From: an uncultured Bacilli bacterium
GTDB taxonomy: Bacteria > Bacillota_I > Bacilli_A > RF39 > UBA660
Length of the DNA stretch: 64,000 nucleotides
Assembly: GCA_963929435.1 (NCBI GenBank)
Contig: CAWVIV010000014.1
Coordinates: 40,349 to 104,348 of the forward strand
Reading direction: 5' to 3'
Every line of letters starts with the position of its first letter. Position 1 is the first letter of the stretch. Shown piece by piece: positions 56,101-62,680 of this stretch. A program made the translations under genes and the position numbers. The notes beneath the pieces were generated by a model. The model did not search any database. It was not told where the DNA came from and was given only the letters and a program-made list of their open reading frames with translations.

Positions 56101-58419
56101 CAATATTTAAGTATTTTAGATGATATGACAAAAGAGTCATTAGATGATTTGCAAAAAACGAGTCAACGGTTAAGTTCAAACTATAGGAAAATCACTGAAA
56201 AATATGCAGGGATATGTGCTTGGTATAATTTGTTGGCAAGAACTGAATGTGATATTGATATGAAACAAGCGTTGAAAGGATGGGAGCTAACAATTAAAAA
56301 AATTGGTAAAGCTACTGGGAAAAACGCTCCTAAATATAAAGCAAAGGCTCGTGAATTAATGGCAAAATGTCAAAATGCTGTTCCTTGTTGGATAATGCCT
56401 ATGAATAAAGCTATTGAATCTTTAAAACCTGGTGAAAACGAATTCGATGTTATTATCATTGATGAAGCGAGTCAATCAGATACATCTTCTTTAGCAATAG
56501 CTTATTTTGCAAAAAAAATGATAGTTGTTGGAGATGATAAACAAGTAAGTCCTATGGCAGTTGGTGTAGAAGTTGATAAGATTAATGCCTTAGAAAAAAT
56601 GTTTATTAAAGATAAAATTCCAAATTCTCATTTATATAGTGCTAAAACTTCATTATATGATATTGCTGCTACAACTTTTCAACCATTAATGTTAAAAGAG
56701 CACTTTAGATGTGTGCCAGAAATAATTGGATTTAGTAATATGCTTTCATACGATTTTAAAATAAAACCACTAAGAGATTCGAATGATACTGATTTATTGC
56801 CTTCTGTTATAAATTATAGAGTACAGGGTAAGAGAATTGGAAAAACTAATAGAGTAGAAGCTGAAACTATTATTTCATTTATAAAAGGTTGTTTAAATAT
56901 TAAAGAGTATGAAGGTAAAACCTTTGGGGTAATTTCATTATTAGGTGATGAACAGGTTAGATTAATTGAACAGTTATTATATCAATATATTGATATACGT
57001 GATATTGAAGAAAGAAAGATTTTGGTTGGAAACGCTTCTAATTTTCAGGGAGATGAACGAGATGTTATTTTCTTATCAATGGTAGATAGTAGCTCAGATA
57101 AAGGTCCATTACCTTTGCAAGGAAATGGAGTTGAAGATTCAGTTAAAAAGAGATACAACGTTGCTGTTAGTAGAGCACGTGATCAAGTATGGGTGGTTAA
57201 TTCATTAGATTCAGCAAATGATTTAAAATCGCTGGATATTAGGAAAAAATTATTAGATTATGCCACAAATCCTAAGGCATTTTTATTACAGTCAGATGAA
57301 GTAAAAAACAAATCTGATTCAGTTTTTGAAGAGCAAGTTGCAAAAAAATTGATATCTCAAGGTTATCATATTGTTCAACAATATCCAGTTGGAGCCTATA
57401 GGCTAGATATAGTTGTAATATGTGAAAATAGAAAGATTGTAATAGAATGTGATGGAGAAAGGTATCACACTGGCGAAGAAAAAATCAAGGAAGATATGCA
57501 ACGTCAAGCTATTTTGGAACGTATTGGTTGGAGATTTATAAGAATAAGGGGAAGTCAATTTTTTAAAAACCCTGAAGCTACAATGAATCAAGTTTTTGAA
57601 GAATTAGAATCATATAAAATTTATCCAGAAAGTATAAATATAAGTAATGAAGAAAGAACAAGTGAACTGTTTGAAAAAGTAAAAAATGAATCTTCAAAGT
57701 TTTTATTAGAAATACATCAAAAGGATAATGATGGCAATTTGGATGATATATTGTATGCTTTGGATAATAAATCTTATAAAGTTTCTGATAGTCAAAAAAA
57801 TAATGATACTTTATTAAAAAACAAAATTGATTCAATTAGTATAAAGCAAAATAAGCAAGTTAATGAAACCATATTTGATAAAGATAGTGATTTATTAGAT
57901 TTAGAGTTTGGTGAGAGTCAATTTAAATATATGGTTTTATTTAGTGAGGGAGTAAGTAGAAAGGATATTTCATTATATTATAATGTTGCCTATGATACGG
58001 TAAAGAAATCTTTGCAGACGGTTTCTGAAAAATATCATCAACCTTATGTTGAAAAATGTATAAGTAGCTTTATTGAAAAATATAAAGGTAGTACTGAATA
58101 TGATGAAATAATTAATATGTATTTGAAGTGGAATCAAAATAGAGAAAATGAAAAGTTTAATGATAATGTTTTTTCGACAACTTCTAATTTAGAATTAAAA
58201 CATGATAATGATGATTTTATAACTGATTTAAAGAAAAATAATTTTAAATACATTGATAATAGAGAAAAATCTGGAATTGTTTGGATTATTCATAATGATT
58301 CAACTTCTGAATTAATAAAGAGTGTTTTAAGTAAATATAAGTATCCATATACATTTGAGCGAAGAGGCTCAATTGTTACTGAAAATAAACCTGCATGGAG
58401 AGTAATGTTTAAGTATTAG
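53194..58419 (+). CDS. Giant (about 1741 aa) DUF4011-type SF1B (Upf1/Mov10-like) helicase fused to a Vsr/DUF559-like PD-(D/E)xK endonuclease and a C-terminal extension
   Basis: Walker A GPPGTGKTH (about nt 54364) and motif II VIIIDEASQ (about nt 56449) are separated by about 700 aa. Further motifs: VGDDKQVSP, LKEHFRCVPEIIGFSN, FQGDERDVIFLSMV, NVAVSRARDQVWVV. Nuclease module: YRLDIVVICENRKIVIECDGERYH..GWRFIRIRG. ATG 53194 is preferred (8 nt after GGAG); GTG 53185 is possible. Confidence 0.85.
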   Translation: MNQEISNKEKIISLYKFIIEFCKSKQKIICNDNDYLWKYQISNVPQDNENISILYKDKVELEDEILDDNSLDYLLKVHKPEFEKCPEPDASFKKWLVKGWDSYRNIVQVKEKIEYENNQNNSEKVIEMFTDDLERVSAYKVWLEKRKQWVERQLKIERTRDFFTILYMRYVDLQRDSETTELVLANGYITDKNNENICHPVLTKRLNMNFDANENTIYVMDTDARTELYSELFQVMDDIDLDSLTTLNSDLMVHDYHPMDRNDTPNFLKILVHNLSSDSKYVDGQDDISENRINMFYRPCLIMRKRMDGTIKTTEQIIKNIEETGFIPSHLIDIISGGKLEKPEETEETIEESLAKVGGESVDILLSKEANREQLEIAKRIGKYNAVLVQGPPGTGKTHTIANLVGHFLAHGESVLVTSYTKKALTVLKDKLPKNIQSLCVSVLDDSNEDMEDSIDGITDYMSRTTSFELKHKMEELKESRLNVIKELASVRRKIFNIINSEYRSIVLDGEEISPIDAACFVQQNKERLSYIDGRVKLYSPLPLTINEFNYLYGTNSKISYDEEKELNYKLPAPAKLIHPDKFEKLLAIIDNSKKKIEEIGNLKKWTIQINDDLFFETNFGNFYITNYNASDITELKNYIDGFSNFDNWVKAVCCDGKRGGAHKKRWLDLINEIKTTSKISEDFIYNHFGKKVSTKNNSNVCDYKIGLRKLKKILDRKGKIGKIDLILNNEFNLLLSEVQVNGKQITTKEECDYVLDYIDLIEARSKLANLWDNLLSCYGVTKFYDLDNSEPERVAEKWIDIIVKYLNWYDKEYKNLTKYLEKANFPYQIILQLNDLDKDIDHINKIFDSLQNVIPYLLNICEAKIAIDNANQEIENSVTVLDDNGLINSSVCINLKKSLKNYDNEKYLEFFRQLEDLYQKYEILSKRNSLLEKLESVAPQWASDIRNRRGIHGLSETPTNIQDAWKFKQYLSILDDMTKESLDDLQKTSQRLSSNYRKITEKYAGICAWYNLLARTECDIDMKQALKGWELTIKKIGKATGKNAPKYKAKARELMAKCQNAVPCWIMPMNKAIESLKPGENEFDVIIIDEASQSDTSSLAIAYFAKKMIVVGDDKQVSPMAVGVEVDKINALEKMFIKDKIPNSHLYSAKTSLYDIAATTFQPLMLKEHFRCVPEIIGFSNMLSYDFKIKPLRDSNDTDLLPSVINYRVQGKRIGKTNRVEAETIISFIKGCLNIKEYEGKTFGVISLLGDEQVRLIEQLLYQYIDIRDIEERKILVGNASNFQGDERDVIFLSMVDSSSDKGPLPLQGNGVEDSVKKRYNVAVSRARDQVWVVNSLDSANDLKSLDIRKKLLDYATNPKAFLLQSDEVKNKSDSVFEEQVAKKLISQGYHIVQQYPVGAYRLDIVVICENRKIVIECDGERYHTGEEKIKEDMQRQAILERIGWRFIRIRGSQFFKNPEATMNQVFEELESYKIYPESINISNEERTSELFEKVKNESSKFLLEIHQKDNDGNLDDILYALDNKSYKVSDSQKNNDTLLKNKIDSISIKQNKQVNETIFDKDSDLLDLEFGESQFKYMVLFSEGVSRKDISLYYNVAYDTVKKSLQTVSEKYHQPYVEKCISSFIEKYKGSTEYDEIINMYLKWNQNRENEKFNDNVFSTTSNLELKHDNDDFITDLKKNNFKYIDNREKSGIVWIIHNDSTSELIKSVLSKYKYPYTFERRGSIVTENKPAWRVMFKY

Positions 58420-58517
58420 AGTTGTATTACTACTTGTATTTTAGCATAGTGAAGATTTAAAAATTACAGAGTTTTTATTAAGTGATTGACTTTATTATGA
58501 GAGGAATGAATTTTATA

Positions 58518-58769
58518 ATGAAACAAGATTTTAAATATGAGATTATAAATAATATAGGAGTTATTTCTGAAAATAATACGTGGGCAAAGGAATTAAATCG
58601 TGTTAGTTGGAATGGTAATGAACCAAAATATGATATTAGAGATTGGTCAAAAAATCATGAAAAAATGGGCAAGGGCATTACTTTATCTGAAGAAGAACTT
58701 AGAAGTTTAAAAAAAATATTGGATGAAGAAATAAAACTATTGGACGAAGAGGCTAGTAACGACGATTAA
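58518..58769 (+). CDS. PC4/YdbC-like ssDNA-binding protein
   Basis: MKQDFKYEIINNIGVISENNTWAKELNRVSWNGNEPKYDIRDWSKNHEKMGKGITLSEEE closely parallels my recollection of Lactococcus YdbC (FKFEIVEHL..KEINRVSFNG..KFDIR.WS..H.KMGKGITLS.EE). Confidence 0.7.
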   Translation: MKQDFKYEIINNIGVISENNTWAKELNRVSWNGNEPKYDIRDWSKNHEKMGKGITLSEEELRSLKKILDEEIKLLDEEASNDD

Positions 58770-59050
58770 ACTAAAATTCCATTTTAGTAACACGCTATGA
58801 TATTGGCAGAGCTAATAACGCTGTGTGCAAAGGAAGTTCCCTTTTGACTCCTAAATTAACGACAAATTATAAAGTGCTATAATATAATTCTGTTGAATAA
58901 AAATAGCCTTATTGCCTAAAAAGCAAAAAGGTTATTTTTTATTAAATTTTAGGTTTTATTGTTGTTAATATTTTACTTAGATTTTCTAATGTTTTATAAT
59001 TAGAAAGTCTTTTATTTTTTTTAGATATTAAGCTTAATGCTTATAAATAG

Positions 59051-59226
59051 TAGCAAAATAGGCCTTTTTACATATTTTAATGTAGAGGTGAATATTATGA
59101 ATGAGCGAAGAGTAACTGGTGTGGTTGTTGATGCTGGACATGGAGGAATGGGATTATCCCAAAAATAGGGAAATGACTATGAATGCTAATAAATACAAGG
59201 AAAAGAGATACTTTAGTAAGAAAAGT
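59051..59226 (+). repeat. att-like repeat copy 2: 96-bp amidase 5' segment (59051-59146) plus 80-bp conserved island left end (59147-59226)
   Basis: One mismatch (59126) against copies 1 and 3 in the 96-bp core. It is preceded by AAATAG, as copy 3 is. Confidence 0.9.
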
Positions 59227-59286
59227 ATATTTTATTATAAAAATATTAGCACTAATCTATATTAGGTAACTATTTGTAAAAATATG

Positions 59287-59329
59287 TTGACAACCCTAAA
59301 TATTAGTGATAAATTAATTACTAATATTT
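59287..59329 (+). promoter_or_regulatory. Promoter with overlapping inverted-repeat operator at the head of island B
   Basis: TTGACA (59287), 17 nt, TAAATT (59310), with a TGa extended -10. AAATATTAGT (59298-59307) is inverted as ACTAATATTT (59320-59329). Two more ATATTAG half-sites lie at about 59243 and 59262. Confidence 0.5.
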
Positions 59330-59343
59330 GAAGAGGTGGAGTT

Positions 59344-59433
59344 ATGAGTGTGATTTTTAAAGGAAAATACAATATTAAAACTATTATTATGATTACAGTA
59401 TTTTCTTTAATCATGCTTTTTATTTTTAAATGA
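59344..59433 (+). CDS. 29-aa hydrophobic peptide (MSVIFKGKYNIKTIIMITVFSLIMLFIFK)
   Basis: GAGGTGGAG RBS 4 nt upstream. Single TM segment. A terminator follows. Confidence 0.45.
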   Translation: MSVIFKGKYNIKTIIMITVFSLIMLFIFK

Positions 59434-59443
59434 CATTAATATT

Positions 59444-59472
59444 GAAGCTTATAATAGCTTCTGTTTTTGTTT
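59444..59472 (+). terminator. Terminator after small peptide gene
   Basis: GAAGCT-tataat-AGCTTC followed by TGTTTTTGTTT. Confidence 0.55.
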
Positions 59473-59551
59473 AGTAAGAGATATTTAGGTAATTGCATTA
59501 ATAGTTGGTTAAGTTTACATCTTAACGAATATATAAATGGAGGTGATTAAT

Positions 59552-60766
59552 TTGAAAAAATGTAATTTTGATTATTTATTTAATACTCCTAATATTGAGA
59601 ATATAGAGACTTTTATTAATCAACTTACTAATAAGTATATCTTTGAATTAAAAAAAATAGAATTGTTAAATAGTAAGATTTTATTAAGCTACGATAAAGA
59701 TAAATATATTGAATTAATAAAGAAACATAAAAATATTGTATTGTCACTTATTAAAGAAGTTATCAACTTTTTTCCACAGTTATCTAATGTGCCTCATATT
59801 GTTTTTATACATGGTAGTTTTGCTAAAACTTTAAACAGGATTAATAGCGATATAGATTTAAATATTTTATATCCTAATAATTTTAAAAGTGAAATATTGC
59901 CAATCGAAGAAATAATTTCAATTATTTTGCAAAAAGTTGTTGGATATAGTGGTAGGGATAAAATACATACTATGATGCTTTATACATGTAATGATTTGAA
60001 TGATAGTTTGGTTGAATCTACTGAAGAATGTACTATTTCGTTTCCAAACAAACAAATTTATAAGTATTACTGTCGACCAAATTATGATGAAATAATGTAT
60101 AAAATAAAAAATTCTTCTAGAGATTATAATGATTTTTTAAATTATATAAGAAATAATATTACTACTGGTAAGTGTGAAGAATGGTGTTATTCTTATGAAC
60201 AATTAATTACTAATTGTGAGGACTGCAATATATATGATGCGTTAAATAGTATTGATGAAGATAATGTAGAAAGAACGAATTATATTAATTATAATAAGTT
60301 AATAGAAAAATTAAAGAAGAAAATGGATGAATATAGTTTTGATATTAATAACGTAGATACAATTAGTGATGTTAATCATAATTTAAAGGTTAAAAATTTA
60401 GGATTTATATACAAAACATTATCATTAATAAGAAGATATTTATTTATTAATGAAAATCCAGTAAATGGTTTGGATTTCTTTGAAATATTCGATAAACAAG
60501 AATTTATTAAGTTATTTTCTAGCGAAGAGTTGGAGAATATAAAAACTAATATTTTTAGATATCTTTGGCAACTTTCAAGACTGGAAAATTTGTTTATAAG
60601 TAGGAATATTAATTTTAGTTCTAGAAATTATGATAGTTTTGAAACTGAATTTGTTTGTCAATTATATAATAATTTATATAATGAAGATTTAATTTGTGTT
60701 CAAAATGAATCTACTGATAATCTTCATAAATCTTTGAAAAAAGTATTAACAAGAATTGAAATATAG
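59552..60766 (+). CDS. Pol-beta-superfamily nucleotidyltransferase with long helical C-terminal region
   Basis: FIHGSFAKTLNRINSDIDLNILY matches G-S-x10-D-x-D. TTG 59552 is preferred (6 nt after GGAGGTG); the listed ATG 59537 is the alternative. Confidence 0.7.
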   Translation: MKKCNFDYLFNTPNIENIETFINQLTNKYIFELKKIELLNSKILLSYDKDKYIELIKKHKNIVLSLIKEVINFFPQLSNVPHIVFIHGSFAKTLNRINSDIDLNILYPNNFKSEILPIEEIISIILQKVVGYSGRDKIHTMMLYTCNDLNDSLVESTEECTISFPNKQIYKYYCRPNYDEIMYKIKNSSRDYNDFLNYIRNNITTGKCEEWCYSYEQLITNCEDCNIYDALNSIDEDNVERTNYINYNKLIEKLKKKMDEYSFDINNVDTISDVNHNLKVKNLGFIYKTLSLIRRYLFINENPVNGLDFFEIFDKQEFIKLFSSEELENIKTNIFRYLWQLSRLENLFISRNINFSSRNYDSFETEFVCQLYNNLYNEDLICVQNESTDNLHKSLKKVLTRIEI

Positions 60767-60774
60767 GAGGAAAT

Positions 60775-61860
60775 ATGAGTAAAATAGTAATGACGATGCC
60801 AATAAAGCCACAGAAAGAAACTAATATAGGTATGTATATTGCTCCAACATTGATGAATGTTTTGAGTGATATTCTATCATGTGATAGTGTGATGGCTATT
60901 AATCTATTAAATACATATAAAGATAAGGATTCAGAATTAAAAACTTTTATAGATGATTTAGATCGTCAAGGAATAATATATAATAATTTATTTATTGATA
61001 AAGATCATGCCTGTGAAATATTATCTTTAATTCAAGAATTAGTATATGATGGTTTTGTGAAAAAATCGAATGAAGAAATTTTTAGATGTGATTGTGGTAA
61101 AGTTGATATTTTGAAACAAGGAATTAACTCTAATATAAGTAAATTATACTATGAAAAAAATGGTACATATTATTGTAAAGAGTGTGGAAGTGAATGTAAA
61201 TCTTTTAGAGAAGAGGTATTGACGCTTGAATTGTCAAAAGATATTGATGATTCAATATTAATAGTACCAACATTTTTAAAAAATGATGTTAAGCATTTGA
61301 GTAAAACTTTTAAAGGTGGCAAATTACTTATTTCAAAGCAACGCGATACAGGTTATCAACTAATGGTTGATAATAAAAAATTTAATATTGATATTGATTT
61401 TCTTTGGACTAATTATTTTAGGCTTTTTGATAACGAACAGATTATAATGCTTGCTAGTAATCATCAAATATATCAAATGTATTTATTAAATTATTTAAAT
61501 AAAATTATTTCTGGCAATGAGATTTGTTTTGTAGCTAATCCTTATATGAATAAATCAAATGTTATGAATCCGTTAGCAGAATATGAAAAAACAGAAGATA
61601 GTATTTATAAAAAATTGTTTATTCTATATAATTTAAAGTGGAGAAACAAAAATTGTGATTGGTCACCTAGTATAATAGATTTTTTAAGTAATATAAGTAC
61701 TACAAGAAGAAATAATTTATATAGAGTTATAGAGAGTTGTGGAAAGAAAATTGATGAAAGTAGGCTACCTTTAGATTTATATTTAGAAAGTATTTTACAA
61801 AAGGAAATAAATATGCAACGAAATATTCCTGAATCAAAAAAGTTAGTTAAAAAAATGTAA
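60775..61860 (+). CDS. Zinc-ribbon protein resembling a degenerate class Ia aminoacyl-tRNA synthetase catalytic core (MetRS/IleRS-like), HIGH/KMSKS absent
   Basis: AGGAGG RBS. Motif order: ELVYDGFVKKSNEEIFRCDCGK, YYCKECGSEC, LLISKQRDTGY (cf. ISRQR.WG), DIDFLWTNYF (cf. YVWFDA). The HIGH position reads NIGMYIAP. Similarity was judged by eye only. Confidence 0.45.
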   Translation: MSKIVMTMPIKPQKETNIGMYIAPTLMNVLSDILSCDSVMAINLLNTYKDKDSELKTFIDDLDRQGIIYNNLFIDKDHACEILSLIQELVYDGFVKKSNEEIFRCDCGKVDILKQGINSNISKLYYEKNGTYYCKECGSECKSFREEVLTLELSKDIDDSILIVPTFLKNDVKHLSKTFKGGKLLISKQRDTGYQLMVDNKKFNIDIDFLWTNYFRLFDNEQIIMLASNHQIYQMYLLNYLNKIISGNEICFVANPYMNKSNVMNPLAEYEKTEDSIYKKLFILYNLKWRNKNCDWSPSIIDFLSNISTTRRNNLYRVIESCGKKIDESRLPLDLYLESILQKEINMQRNIPESKKLVKKM

Positions 61861-61893
61861 TAGTATTAAAATAGTTATGGAGATGGTGATATT

Positions 61894-62493
61894 ATGTATA
61901 GTGTGTTATTTAGTAAAATTGAATTTGGTATGGATTTAGTAGTAGAACGGTTAAAAGAGTTTGTTAAACCTGATTATAAAGTAGCAATTTTTCCATGGGC
62001 TTTTCCTGTCGAGATAACAAGTGAAGAATTTGAGAAAGAGTATTTTCCTATAGATGGTAGAAGATATAATAAATACTATACTGAATTAAAAAAAATAGGT
62101 ATTAGTAAAGAAAATATTAGAGTATGTAACCCTTATAAAGATACTAGAAATGATCTTATTGAAATTATCCAAAATAGTGATATTTTACTTTTGCCAGGTG
62201 GAAATCCTGAAATGTTTTTTAAAAAAGTTTTACATGATACGGAATTAATATATTATATTAAACATTTTAAAGGAATAATTATTGGTGAGAGTGCAGGGTG
62301 TGAGTTACAATTAAAAAGATATTTTATTACTGCTAAAAATAATTATTATAAGTACTTTGCATTTTATGATGGATTTGGAGTGTTAGATGATCCTTTTTAT
62401 ATGGATGTCCATTCAATAAACAATAAGAGATATTTAGCAAAATTACAAGAAGTTGCTAATGATAAAAATAAAACGTGTATATGCTATTTTTGA
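61894..62493 (+). CDS. Peptidase S51 (dipeptidase E/cyanophycinase-like) family protein, 3' end frameshifted
   Basis: ILLLPGGNPEMFFKK and IIIGESAGCE (nucleophile elbow). The family-typical C-terminus RVYAIFDDGALIYNRDS..FK* is in another frame up to 62584. One extra A in GATAAAAATAAAACG (62461-62475) explains this. Confidence 0.7.
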   Translation: MYSVLFSKIEFGMDLVVERLKEFVKPDYKVAIFPWAFPVEITSEEFEKEYFPIDGRRYNKYYTELKKIGISKENIRVCNPYKDTRNDLIEIIQNSDILLLPGGNPEMFFKKVLHDTELIYYIKHFKGIIIGESAGCELQLKRYFITAKNNYYKYFAFYDGFGVLDDPFYMDVHSINNKRYLAKLQEVANDKNKTCICYF

Positions 62494-62584
62494 TGATGGT
62501 GCACTTATTTATAATAGAGATTCTAGTAAATTAGAAATATTTGGTAATGTATTAACTTTTGTACCAAAATGTAATTTTAAATAG

Positions 62585-62680
62585 TAGCAAAATAGGCCTT
62601 TTTACATATTTTAATGTAGAGGTGAATATTATGAATGAGCGAAGAGTAACTGGTGTGGTGGTTGATGCTGGACATGGAGG
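62585..62680 (+). repeat. att-like repeat copy 3 (native 5' end of the intact amidase gene)
   Basis: Identical by eye to 50991-51086. It continues into the intact ORF. Confidence 0.9.

Noticed and set aside
53416-57835. Five minus-strand ORFs (60-88 aa) inside the giant helicase gene
   Set aside because: They are low-complexity, Ile/Phe/Lys-rich translations typical of antisense frames in AT-rich DNA. They have no RBS and are embedded in a motif-rich long ORF.
51087-62584. Search for an integrase, recombinase or transposase inside islands A and B
   Set aside because: No ORF shows tyrosine-recombinase (R..HxxR..Y), serine-recombinase or DDE signatures. Only the decayed MobV relaxase is present, so no integrase feature is reported.
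62585-62630. Sporulation-sigma (sigma-K-like CATAnnnTA) promoter inside the 96-bp repeat upstream of the amidase
   Set aside because: CATATTTTA is present, but the expected upstream AC element at the right spacing is not. It is not supportable by eye.
50991-62680. Whether the triple 96-bp repeat could be a CRISPR-like or tandem-repeat array
   Set aside because: The spacers are 8.0 and 3.4 kb of coding DNA, and the repeat is the 5' end of a gene. There are no cas genes and no short regular spacing anywhere in the window.
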